Part shown: in pieces, positions 27,229 to 36,604 of the stretch | Position numbering within the stretch: position 1 is the stretch's first letter | How the letters are laid out: every line of letters begins with the position of its first letter | Source of the DNA: a virus | Strand: one strand, 5' to 3' | Length of the DNA: 64,000 bases | Virus record (IMG/VR): IMGVR_UViG_3300010396_000009 | Span: 1-64,000 of that record | Notes under the pieces: model-generated | Databases searched by the model: none | The model's input: only the letters and a program-made list of their open reading frames with translations | Told to the model about the DNA's origin: nothing | Program-made: the position numbers and the translations under genes

Positions 27229-28226
27229 ACCTTTCCGTTCTCCACATAATCGGTACCACGATTGAGAGCGTTCTCCTTAATCTGCTCCCTGTTATCGACC
27301 AGCTGTACAAGCCGATTCTTGGGCTTTGGCTTATAGATGCTCTTATGCGTCTCGCTCACTTGCTCTGCAGAGCCACCGATGGCCAAGTCTCCATACCCAC
27401 GCATCGGAAACCCACAAGCCATGCAATGATACCTGACCTGAGCGTCGAAGGCGTCTATGCCCTTGTTCCACCAACCGTCAATGACTGGAACGCCCAGATC
27501 AGGATAATCAGGCTCGTCTTGGTGCAGCACTGCCTGCGCACCAGCAATTTCGCAAAACCAACCGCGAAGCTCTCCCCTGAACTCGTTGATCATGGCCGAC
27601 CAGTATTGATTGACATCGCACCTGCCGATCAGCTGCCAGCGCTCTGCCTCATCCATTATAACGTCTTGCATCGCTACGTACACTGGTGAGTGCCGAGCAT
27701 CGCCGACCTGGTGGGCCCTCTGCATTGGATCAATTATCAGCTTCGCCTCGTGCCAGGATGGATCGAGGCCCTTCAGGTACGGGCGGCACTCTGGCCAGTC
27801 AGAGCAGAACTCATCATATGCCTCGCGGCTTAGATGAACGTTCAAATTAGAAACCTTTGGATCGAACGTCACCCGCATCGTCTTGGCATTACCCCTTGGA
27901 TGATTGCACCAGATACCTCGCTGCTCGAACATCGTGAGCTCACGAAGAATTTGGCACAGCTGATCAAACTGCGGATGCAGAGCCGGGTTGCCTCCAAATA
28001 GTCCGATGACGCCGAAGTAGCCCTTGAGCGATTCAACGGCGGCGCGATAGTGCTCAGGCGTCATCATCCACTTCTTACCCTGCAAGTTAGAGCCCTGCGT
28101 GCATCCAAAGCAAGCCTGATCGCATGATCTAGTGACGCAGATCTGCAACACACCACCTCGCCAGATGCTGGGACGACGATCACGCGGAGACTTCATTGTC
28201 GCTGGGAGCGGTATCATCTGAGTCAT
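27225..28226 (-). CDS. radical SAM protein
   Basis: CDQACFGC (CxxxCxxC), FGGNP and C-terminal Cys ligands. Confidence 0.8.
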   Translation of the reverse strand: MTQMIPLPATMKSPRDRRPSIWRGGVLQICVTRSCDQACFGCTQGSNLQGKKWMMTPEHYRAAVESLKGYFGVIGLFGGNPALHPQFDQLCQILRELTMFEQRGIWCNHPRGNAKTMRVTFDPKVSNLNVHLSREAYDEFCSDWPECRPYLKGLDPSWHEAKLIIDPMQRAHQVGDARHSPVYVAMQDVIMDEAERWQLIGRCDVNQYWSAMINEFRGELRGWFCEIAGAQAVLHQDEPDYPDLGVPVIDGWWNKGIDAFDAQVRYHCMACGFPMRGYGDLAIGGSAEQVSETHKSIYKPKPKNRLVQLVDNREQIKENALNRGTDYVENGKV

Positions 28227-28855
28227 TGCAGTCGAGCCTTTGCTATTTCCGGGAGCTTCTCATACCATCCAGGTGCACCCATCGCATTCTGCATGTGATA
28301 GTGCCCAGTATGCCACTGAAATCTATAACTAGGATTTGGGTTAGCTGACAAAGTATCCATCGGCATCCCAAGCTTTGCGATCATCATCTGATCAAACGTC
28401 TCTGAGTTAGTCTCAGGCCACTTCGGTCCTCGCTGAAACGCTATTGACCCATGAAACCTACCAGACGCGTCCTCAAGCTCAACGTTTCCAGTGTAATCAC
28501 TCTCGACCATGGAGGGCTTGCTAAAGCGACCGTACTTGGTAGTATTGACATGGGCACTGATGTGCCATGGCTTATACAAGTCATCATCGTCCCAGACAAC
28601 TAGAACATCGCCCAGTGCGAGCTTCAGCATCTCGTTGTACTTCTCGGGCATTGACTTAAAGCGATTCTGGAACCAATAGTACCGAACAAGAGTCGAGTCT
28701 CTGTCGAGCCACGCGGCGCTATCACTATCGTCAAAGATCAGCAGCTCTCGCCGATCGGCTGGGTAGTCCTGCGACAGAAACATCTGAATCGATTTATCGA
28801 GTAGCCTGGGCCTCTGATATGTTGGGCAGAGGCACGTCACGAACGGCAGAGGCAT
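28223..28855 (-). CDS. glycosyltransferase family 2
   Basis: VTCLCPTYQR, ELLIFDD and VWDDDD. Confidence 0.88.
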   Translation of the reverse strand: MPLPFVTCLCPTYQRPRLLDKSIQMFLSQDYPADRRELLIFDDSDSAAWLDRDSTLVRYYWFQNRFKSMPEKYNEMLKLALGDVLVVWDDDDLYKPWHISAHVNTTKYGRFSKPSMVESDYTGNVELEDASGRFHGSIAFQRGPKWPETNSETFDQMMIAKLGMPMDTLSANPNPSYRFQWHTGHYHMQNAMGAPGWYEKLPEIAKARLQ

Positions 28856-28857
28856 AG

Positions 28858-29067
28858 CTATTCTTTCACAAAGACAGGAAACTGAATCTGATCAGCTGAG
28901 CCAGGCTGCAAAAATGTCAGCTCGCGTGTGCACTCTGCGCACCACATTTTTAGAGTCACCGTAAGCTGACCTGCGTCTGATCTGTGCACAGACACCTCAG
29001 ACCTAAACTGCTTGTGCTCGCAATCTAGTCTTTTCCATGGAGTGGTAGTAGTCTGAATATAGCTCAT
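28858..29067 (-). CDS. small hypothetical protein (Cys/His, Zn-ribbon-like)
   Basis: CEH...CAEC; overlaps the upstream stop. Confidence 0.5.
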   Translation of the reverse strand: MSYIQTTTTPWKRLDCEHKQFRSEVSVHRSDAGQLTVTLKMWCAECTRELTFLQPGSADQIQFPVFVKE

Positions 29068-30860
29068 GATGATTTGACAATCTCAGGCCACCGTGAGCCA
29101 AGCGGATGCGGACACTTCTCAAGAGAATAAAGAGACTTGTCCTCAACTGGGCAACCGCATTTCGAGCATGCACCGTCGTTTAGTAATGGGCACAGCATGC
29201 ATGCGTCTAAGCGAGCTTTCTGCAGTTCTTCTGAGACCTTTTCACCGCCCTTAGTAGCATGTCGCAGCATGGCCTTGCCGTAGTTCCAGGCCTTAACGAC
29301 CGGGGACGGAAGAGGCAACTTGTCCTCCTCGCGCTTGGACAGCACTGACATGCCATAGTTATTTTCATAGCTTCGCCACAGAGTCCACTCAGGGTGCTCC
29401 TTAACGAAGATGCGAATAGCGTGCAGGAGCCCAGGACCGCCGTCCTCACCACGCTCGCCAAACCCATTGACGGCCGTATCATGCATCACAATCCACTTAT
29501 TCACCTTCGTGTGATGCAGATTAAGCTCCGCCAATAAGTGATCACGTGTATGTCGTGTATCAATGAACAGCATATCGGTCTGCTGAATGTCCGTCATCTC
29601 AGAATGACCGATGCGGAAGCGATAGTCTGTCTTGCCGCGTAGCTTCTCAAAGCCGTCTGCCTCGCGATACCGCTCCTCTGCGTAGCTTACCAGAATCTTC
29701 GGCTGCCCGGCTAGCAGGGCCGTGGTCGATACGTTATGTCGTTTTCCCCACTCTGTCACATGTTCGCACTGCGATGAGAGCTCCCTCAACAGCCAGCAGT
29801 GCTCGTTAATATCATGCGGCGTCCTCGACACGTGATCGTATAGCTCCTCAAGCGTCTGTGCTTCTTGCGCTCCGCAAGATGGGCAGGCCGACACTGGAAT
29901 ATTCTGATGCTCCAGCAGCTGCTTCGTCGTAGGTGTGGGCTCTTTGGTGAGCAGAGACCAGATATGCTCAGTGATTGACGTGAGCTTACGCAGGTCAACG
30001 CCGGGCTTCAGATACTCATGATCACCTGCATGAGTCCATGATGAGCCATCCTCGTTGATACCCTTCACGAAATGCTTATACGCGCGGTCAAGGGGCAAGC
30101 CGAGCTCTCGATGTCCGATAACATAGTTGCGAGCCTTCTGCAGTGTATTGCTCGGATACGGAGTGGCCTCGCCGCGGAACCGGTGGAGCCACCTGAGCTG
30201 TGGTATGCAGATTACGCGATGACCGGCTTGGCGATACTTCGTGTGAATGTACCACTCCTCACCGCCGAACCCATCCATGGCTCGATTAAACCCTAGCCAC
30301 GCGTCCTTCCGACAAGAGAATAGGCCGAGACCCTGCGCCGGGATCTCAAAAGGCTCACCCGAGCATCTCTGGTCATTGATATCACCGCGATGATCCATCG
30401 CCCAGATGCCCCACATGCCGTGTCGCCAAACGTCATCGAAGTGTGTGCCGAGTATGTTGCGACGATCGTCATAGATGATCGGCCCGCATATGAGATCGCG
30501 AGTATCCCAATGCTCATCATAATACTTCAGCAGGGACTCCAGGGCACCTCGCTGCAGAATAACGTGCGAATCAACGCACAGCACGTACTCGCCAGCAGCT
30601 CGCTTAAACACCTCGTCACGGGGCGCAGCCGTACCGATTATCTCAGAGAATGGCACATACGCGGCCTTGCCAAAGTCACCCTTGACCTGTGTCTGGATAA
30701 AGTTTCGAACGCGCTGCCCCTGTGAGCTGTTCGGATTGTTATCGACCACCATGAGTTCGCAGTCGCTGAGCAACTCTTGGTGCATTTCTCGCATGCACTG
30801 CACTGTGAAATACACGCCGTCGAAGTCGTCAAAAACGGCCATGCCGATGGTCAAGCGCAT
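29064..30860 (-). CDS. GT2 glycosyltransferase + Methyltransf_24-like domain + Cys-rich C-terminal domain
   Basis: VVDNN, CVDSH, GFGGEE and WLHRF; DMLFIDTRH and IVMHD; CMLCP..CSKCGC..CP..RW. Confidence 0.85.
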   Translation of the reverse strand: MRLTIGMAVFDDFDGVYFTVQCMREMHQELLSDCELMVVDNNPNSSQGQRVRNFIQTQVKGDFGKAAYVPFSEIIGTAAPRDEVFKRAAGEYVLCVDSHVILQRGALESLLKYYDEHWDTRDLICGPIIYDDRRNILGTHFDDVWRHGMWGIWAMDHRGDINDQRCSGEPFEIPAQGLGLFSCRKDAWLGFNRAMDGFGGEEWYIHTKYRQAGHRVICIPQLRWLHRFRGEATPYPSNTLQKARNYVIGHRELGLPLDRAYKHFVKGINEDGSSWTHAGDHEYLKPGVDLRKLTSITEHIWSLLTKEPTPTTKQLLEHQNIPVSACPSCGAQEAQTLEELYDHVSRTPHDINEHCWLLRELSSQCEHVTEWGKRHNVSTTALLAGQPKILVSYAEERYREADGFEKLRGKTDYRFRIGHSEMTDIQQTDMLFIDTRHTRDHLLAELNLHHTKVNKWIVMHDTAVNGFGERGEDGGPGLLHAIRIFVKEHPEWTLWRSYENNYGMSVLSKREEDKLPLPSPVVKAWNYGKAMLRHATKGGEKVSEELQKARLDACMLCPLLNDGACSKCGCPVEDKSLYSLEKCPHPLGSRWPEIVKSS

Positions 30861-30888
30861 CTAAGATATCTCCTTAACACAGGACAAA

Positions 30889-32778
30889 TTATACGCACTG
30901 ACAGCTTCCGTATGACAGCTGCCCAGCATACGAGCCGTCACCGATGGGCGGCTCGGGTGTGCAGCTGTGCGGACCTACGCATGTGCCAGTGCAATCATTA
31001 GTATTCATCTGCCAGAAGTATACACCGAACTCAAAATCACTCTGAACCCAAATCCATGTAGACGTTCCAAAGCACGAACCGCTCGGCGTCGTAGTCGTAG
31101 TCGATGTGGTTGATGTGGTCGATGTTGTCGTTGTAGTTGTAGTAGACGTGCTCGTCGTCGTTGTGGTTGTGGTGCTCGTCGTAGTAGTGCCGCATGGAGT
31201 GCTGCGGCATTCCCCAGATACGTCACCCAAGCCTTGCGGACCAACATTACACGGGCAGTCACTTGTGCAAGTCGTCGACGACAAGGTCCACGTTGTGCCA
31301 TTCCATCGCCATAAACACTTTGAATTACTGCAACCTGGTGTAGTCGTCGTAGTAGTTGTACCACACAAAGACGGCGTAGTAGTGGTCTGTATTGGCGATA
31401 CGCAGTCTGTTGTTGTATGCGAACCGCACGCTACGCACGGAACGCTCGGAGCATAGCACACGCACCCAGTGTTAATTGATCCGCCATCAGGAGTAAAATT
31501 ACAACCTGATAAGATAATCGGATTGCCCGTACCCGTCTGGACTATAGTAGAAACGTTAGTCGCGGGATTCCACACCGACCCATCGCACCACCAGACACAA
31601 TATGCCCCGCAGCAGCCACTTGGGCATCCGCGATTTGCCGGCGTGGTAGTAGTCTGGCACGGAGTATGAACCGGATCGCATGATGGATTAGCCCCAGGAG
31701 TATCTGGCTGATTACACATGTAGCATCCCTGCTGCGCATTGCAGTCCAGGGCGCCGTGAGGCTGCCACGATACGCCATCCCACATCCAATTGCAACCAGA
31801 GCACCCAGTCCCACCTCCAGTCGTCGTACCGCACGTCGTCGTGGATGACGTCCCGCCACAGTATGGCTGAGGAGGCACTCCGGCAGCAGACGGTACGCAG
31901 TCAGTCTGAGCTGAGCTACATGTTCCATCACCGCAGAAATTAGGCTTTAGGCACTGACAACCGGGAGTAGTAGTCGTAGACGTAGTAGATGTTGTGGTGG
32001 TGGACGTTGTGGTGTTAAGGCACGGCACGCACCCACTTGGCGTAGTAGTGGTCGTAGTCGTGCCGCCGGTGGTGGTCGTAGTTGAAGTCGTCGACGTAGT
32101 GGTAGTTGTATTGCAGTTATTAGTCGTCAGTGTCCATACAAGGTTCACTGCGTCCCACGACCAGATGCACGTGCCAGCACACTTATAAGTATCATGTGGC
32201 GTAGTGGTACCATACACTGGTGGACCTGGCGTAGTAGTGCCGCCGCCCTGATTCGCCAGCACACCGATTCTACCAGAGTCTACTTCAGGTTGACACTCAG
32301 CATATAGCAGCTGATGCGGAACAGTACCCGGCACCATGTAGTCGCCGACTATTCCGAGGGTTTGCAAGAATGCGATAGTCCCCTTGGACCTCACGACAAC
32401 TGGCTCATAAGGCGTGATTAGCTTTATCCAGCCAAACTCACCTGGGCACAGCTGATATGCCTCATTGCCGCCATACTGCGAGGCATCTGCCGTCGCTAGC
32501 CTAACCTTAAAGTAAAAGTCTACGCCGCCTGGCTCAGCATCATAGATTTCTACGATGCCGTATGGGCACACGATGTCATCAGATTTGCACGGCCACCAGA
32601 GCTGCCGCTGCCAGGTAGTCTTTTTCTGTACTGCGCCGTGTTGATCTTGCAGCGTGTTTGGACCCAGCGGATTGCCATGATCTGACGCAGCATCGACCAT
32701 CGCATTGAACGTACCGACGTCGATAGACTTATCACGCAGAGCAGCTCGTATCAAGTTAGCTCGTGATCTCGTGATCAT
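30889..32778 (-). CDS. putative tail-tip/receptor-binding protein with Cys/Trp repeats and poly-Thr linkers
   Basis: Last gene of the tail module; five C-x-W-x-W...W...C-like modules separated by Thr/Ser runs. Confidence 0.7.
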   Translation of the reverse strand: MITRSRANLIRAALRDKSIDVGTFNAMVDAASDHGNPLGPNTLQDQHGAVQKKTTWQRQLWWPCKSDDIVCPYGIVEIYDAEPGGVDFYFKVRLATADASQYGGNEAYQLCPGEFGWIKLITPYEPVVVRSKGTIAFLQTLGIVGDYMVPGTVPHQLLYAECQPEVDSGRIGVLANQGGGTTTPGPPVYGTTTPHDTYKCAGTCIWSWDAVNLVWTLTTNNCNTTTTTSTTSTTTTTGGTTTTTTTPSGCVPCLNTTTSTTTTSTTSTTTTPGCQCLKPNFCGDGTCSSAQTDCVPSAAGVPPQPYCGGTSSTTTCGTTTGGGTGCSGCNWMWDGVSWQPHGALDCNAQQGCYMCNQPDTPGANPSCDPVHTPCQTTTTPANRGCPSGCCGAYCVWWCDGSVWNPATNVSTIVQTGTGNPIILSGCNFTPDGGSINTGCVCYAPSVPCVACGSHTTTDCVSPIQTTTTPSLCGTTTTTTTPGCSNSKCLWRWNGTTWTLSSTTCTSDCPCNVGPQGLGDVSGECRSTPCGTTTTSTTTTTTTSTSTTTTTTTSTTSTTSTTTTTPSGSCFGTSTWIWVQSDFEFGVYFWQMNTNDCTGTCVGPHSCTPEPPIGDGSYAGQLSYGSCQCV

Positions 32779-33569
32779 GGCAAGTACGGGCTCTGCGGGT
32801 TTAGGATATTGGCGAACGAAGCTGGTGGATAGTTCTTAAATGCTGTTCCTGATCCAGCGAAGGATATCTGCTCCCATTGCTGAGTCTTGGTGCGAAAATA
32901 GCTATTCCAACCCTGTGGTTGAAAGTTAAATCTCTTCGTAAGATCGTACTGCGTATCACCCACTGAGTTATACTTCATATGAATGACAGGCGGATTGAAC
33001 AGCAGCGACTCCGCTGGAGCGACGAACCCAGGGAGCAGGCCACTGATAAACTCTGAATCGTTGACACTACCAACAAGGTTGTACAGGTCTGAGTTGATCG
33101 CGTCTGGAGACACGAACATCTCATTACGCACAAAATTACAAGATCTCTTGATCCAGCCCGGCGCCTCATCTTCAGTGATCAGATCTCCACTGGGGAACCA
33201 GCGGAAAAACTGATACGGCATCGGCACAAACTCTGCAATGGGCTCGATCTCTTCAGTGATGATCTCGACACGCTTAGTCGAGTATCGAATCGTCACTAGA
33301 GCTGTGCCAGGATTGATCATCTGCCCGGTAGCAGAGCCTACGTCATCCCATGGCTCGATGCCGGCGCCGTACGCTGTAGGAATGAGAGATGCAGAACCTT
33401 TTGGCCAGGCACGGTGATTTGACAATATGTCAGACGCGAGCCTGTGTCTATCTGTATAGGCGCAGAATAACTGCACAGTCGCGCTCATCAGACCGCGCTC
33501 GTCATCATACTCTTCGCGCGCAGTGCCGAAGCGCTCATAGCAAGTTACGCTAGAATATTCATTGGCCAT
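32775..33569 (-). CDS. putative distal tail protein
   Basis: Directly follows the tape measure gene; beta-rich. Confidence 0.55.
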   Translation of the reverse strand: MANEYSSVTCYERFGTAREEYDDERGLMSATVQLFCAYTDRHRLASDILSNHRAWPKGSASLIPTAYGAGIEPWDDVGSATGQMINPGTALVTIRYSTKRVEIITEEIEPIAEFVPMPYQFFRWFPSGDLITEDEAPGWIKRSCNFVRNEMFVSPDAINSDLYNLVGSVNDSEFISGLLPGFVAPAESLLFNPPVIHMKYNSVGDTQYDLTKRFNFQPQGWNSYFRTKTQQWEQISFAGSGTAFKNYPPASFANILNPQSPYLP

Positions 33570-33572
33570 TTG

Positions 33573-35918
33573 TTAACCAGCGTTCATCGCTCGGCCCATG
33601 TTGAATATCTCACCGTTCGGATTGTCGAACGCTGCTCGAATTCTCTTAGCGTCACCAATAGTGGCGATCAAGTCGTTATGATGCTCTTCATCTTGCTTCA
33701 TCTTGGCATCATTAAGCTCTTTCATAAGCTCTGATTGCTTTTCAGTAGCCTCTACCTCAGGTGATTTAGCAGCTGCTTGCTGTATACGACGATTGAGGGC
33801 CATCAGGTCCTCAATACCGACATTGGCTCCGCTGCCATGCTCATGCTCTTTCTTTTTCTTTTCGCTAGGCCAATCAAAGCCAAATGGAGGCTCCTCTGTT
33901 TCATTGCCACCGGGTCCAAAGTTGATTATGTCACGAAGTTTCTCGCGCCACTTCTCAAGCTCCTTTTGATCTACGCCAAGATTAGCGCCGAACTTATTCT
34001 TGAACCCGTCAAATGCCTTGTCGAAGTCTCCGCCCAGACCCTTAGCATCTGCTCGCAGGTCTGTGATGATCTTGTTTATGTCGGGCATCCCGACACCAGC
34101 GAACGCTGCGTTGAACTTATCCTTGATATCAGCCGCGGCAGCAGCAGCCTTGTCCCTTGCTGTGCCAAACGCTTTGCCAACCTTATCCATCGCGTCAAAG
34201 GCGGGCTTCATGGCATCATTGATCTTAATGCGAACTACGTTCATCACAGTAAAGCCGAGCATCCTCAGATACTCAAAGATCTGGCCGAATATTGAATCAG
34301 CACCCTCCTCGATGCCGCCAAACATTTCTGAGAACGCGTTGAGCCACCCTTTGCATACTGTTATGACTAGCGTCGATAGCAGCGTAAATGATCCGCTGAA
34401 AAAGTCAACCCAGTTGCTGATGGCGAATACGGCGAAGTCAAATATCGCCTTAAACACCGTTGTGAACACTACATAAAATGGCTTCAGCATCATGGCGATG
34501 GTGTTAAAAGCGACCTTAGCGACGAACACCATAAAGTCCCACTCAGCCTTGGTAGTAGCTTTTATGATTGACCAGCTCAGCGAGACAGCCTCAACGTAGG
34601 TCTGCCACATACCGATCAGCATCACCACCGCGAATGTAACAGCACCGATCGCTACGGCGACCCAGTCAAGCACGTGCTTTCCGATATTCTCCCACACCCA
34701 CTCGGACGCCGCCATGATCGCGTCCCACGCGCTGAGCGCTAGGTTTACGACTACATTAAACGCAGCCTGAGCTAACTCTACGAGTGGTTGAATAGCTGCT
34801 GCGATCTGCTTCCAGGCTCCAACTGCCATGTCGGCTAGCTCAAGCATTTTCTCGAGCACATAGGCCATCACCTCGAGCGCGAGCATCTTTGCGCCTGTCC
34901 AGATCATTGCCCACGTAGTGCCCCAGTTCTGCACTGCAGTCTGCAGCACGGCAAAGACCTTAACGCCGTAGCTTAGCAAGACCTCACCCCACTCCTTAGC
35001 CACCTCGATTGCCTTATCAAATGCATCACCGATAAAATCACCACCCTGAGACGCCTGATCCACTAGGTAATGAACAACCTTGGCAACCTTCTCCATAATC
35101 GGGATGAGCTTATTGGTCAGGGTAGGAGCCAGCAGGCTGCCAATGGTCCTGTAGATGTCATCGAAGATGTTATTCAGGCGCTCCAGCGCGCCCCACAAAG
35201 TATTGGCCTGATTCTCAGCAGCACCGTGATATTGCTCACTGAGCTTAGCGAGAATCATTCGCTGAAGGCCCATCATGTCGTTCGCCTTCTCCATGGCCTC
35301 GATCATGCGAAGCTGCTGCTCAGTAAACTTCGTACCGCTCTGCGCCAGGTCCTTGAGCCCCTCGATTGGATCCTGCAGCAGCTTGCCGTAGTGCTCGGCT
35401 GCTGAGCTTAATGATCCGCCCATCGTCGCAGCGAAGTCCATGGCCGACTTAATAGCGTCCTTGAACACATCGCCACGCACATTGCGAAACTGCAATAGCG
35501 TCAGCTGAGCTGCTCGTATCGCGTCCTGGCCATTGACCGAGATTCCCTTCAGAGCGTCGCTCATCTGCTCAAGACCATTGAGCGTGTACCCGACACTGTG
35601 ACCCATCGCGTGAATCATGTTGCCCAGCTGATCAATATCGCGGGTCATCTCGATGAAGTTCTGGGTGCCCTTTTTAATGTTAGCCCAGATATCATTAAAA
35701 CCCTGCTCTATGATCTCGGTAACGGCCTGCCATGCGGAGGCGACCATTCCACCAACTTCGCGGATCGCGTCGCCAGCCTTCTGCCACGTTGACTCGGCGA
35801 CGGACGCAGACTGCTCAATGTGCTCGCCGAACTCGTCAAACAGCTGCTCGCTCTCGCCGAGGGCCTCCTCGAGGTCATCGTAGTCGCCGCCTATCTCGAT
35901 TGACGACTTGTCAGCCAT
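33573..35918 (-). CDS. tail tape measure protein
   Basis: AMDFAATMGGSLSSAA..GKLLQDPIEG..L..SG..F core, Trp-periodic helical repeats, position after the chaperone. Confidence 0.92.
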   Translation of the reverse strand: MADKSSIEIGGDYDDLEEALGESEQLFDEFGEHIEQSASVAESTWQKAGDAIREVGGMVASAWQAVTEIIEQGFNDIWANIKKGTQNFIEMTRDIDQLGNMIHAMGHSVGYTLNGLEQMSDALKGISVNGQDAIRAAQLTLLQFRNVRGDVFKDAIKSAMDFAATMGGSLSSAAEHYGKLLQDPIEGLKDLAQSGTKFTEQQLRMIEAMEKANDMMGLQRMILAKLSEQYHGAAENQANTLWGALERLNNIFDDIYRTIGSLLAPTLTNKLIPIMEKVAKVVHYLVDQASQGGDFIGDAFDKAIEVAKEWGEVLLSYGVKVFAVLQTAVQNWGTTWAMIWTGAKMLALEVMAYVLEKMLELADMAVGAWKQIAAAIQPLVELAQAAFNVVVNLALSAWDAIMAASEWVWENIGKHVLDWVAVAIGAVTFAVVMLIGMWQTYVEAVSLSWSIIKATTKAEWDFMVFVAKVAFNTIAMMLKPFYVVFTTVFKAIFDFAVFAISNWVDFFSGSFTLLSTLVITVCKGWLNAFSEMFGGIEEGADSIFGQIFEYLRMLGFTVMNVVRIKINDAMKPAFDAMDKVGKAFGTARDKAAAAAADIKDKFNAAFAGVGMPDINKIITDLRADAKGLGGDFDKAFDGFKNKFGANLGVDQKELEKWREKLRDIINFGPGGNETEEPPFGFDWPSEKKKKEHEHGSGANVGIEDLMALNRRIQQAAAKSPEVEATEKQSELMKELNDAKMKQDEEHHNDLIATIGDAKRIRAAFDNPNGEIFNMGRAMNAG

Positions 35919-36109
35919 TTGCTGTATTCCTCTTCCGTGGCGAACTCAACTACTGGGCTAGTCTCTTTGTGATCCTCGAGAGCGTGCTCCCACTGAATTG
36001 GGGTCATCCTTGCGATCGTGTCGTAGGTCCACCCCTTGTACTTGTCTAGCAGCCTGGCGTAGACTTCTTTCTTGGTTATTGTTCTTGGGTCTCGCTCACC
36101 TCTTTTGGG
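35891..36109 (-). CDS. tail assembly chaperone -1 frameshift extension (gpGT-like)
   Basis: Slippery C CCA AAA at 36103-36109; the -1 frame reads ...VYARLLDKYKGWTYDTIARMTPIQW... to a stop at 35891. Confidence 0.8.
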   Translation of the reverse strand, partial: PKRGERDPRTITKKEVYARLLDKYKGWTYDTIARMTPIQWEHALEDHKETSPVVEFATEEEYSKWLTSRQSR

Positions 36110-36576
36110 GTCCCGTCTTGCTGGGCCCCGTCCTCCTTGTCTTTGTCTTTCTTCCTGAGTCGCTCAGGCATATTGAGATCAGAAAAAATTCTTGCGAATT
36201 CCTTGATTGACTCACCATCGGGTTTTCCATCATCGCGAAACAAGAGCTTCTTGCACTGCTCGGCAGTCATTCGCGGATGCTCGCGCTTCAAGCTCTGATA
36301 GAGCATGCGGCACTGACCCTCTGGTCCAGAGAGCTCTCGCAGCCCGCGACCGGTCATCAGATCAATCTTTGATGCTTCGCGAACCGCGGCGCCGACGACC
36401 TCATCCCTGCTCTCCTGATCCATGTCGGGAGTGAGAGAATTACGAGCGATCTTGATGAGCCGAGACCTGAGCCAGTTGTTCAGCTCATCCCAGTCACGAT
36501 CGGAAAGAGGGGAGATATTGTAATCGACACCCTTCAGTGTCAGGGGCGCCGAGGCCGCAGAAATGCTAGGCGGCAT
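36076..36576 (-). CDS. tail assembly chaperone (gpG-like)
   Basis: Lies between tail tube and tape measure, with a slippery site near its 3' end. Confidence 0.8.
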   Translation of the reverse strand: MPPSISAASAPLTLKGVDYNISPLSDRDWDELNNWLRSRLIKIARNSLTPDMDQESRDEVVGAAVREASKIDLMTGRGLRELSGPEGQCRMLYQSLKREHPRMTAEQCKKLLFRDDGKPDGESIKEFARIFSDLNMPERLRKKDKDKEDGAQQDGTPKEVSETQEQ

Positions 36577-36604
36577 TTAAGTCTCCGCAAGAGGACAATA
36601 AAAC

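Noticed and set aside
31080-32120. Repetitive gtagtc/gtcgtc tracts as a CRISPR array or DGR repeats
   Set aside because: They are degenerate Thr codon runs within a CDS, with no constant repeat-spacer structure and no reverse transcriptase in the window.
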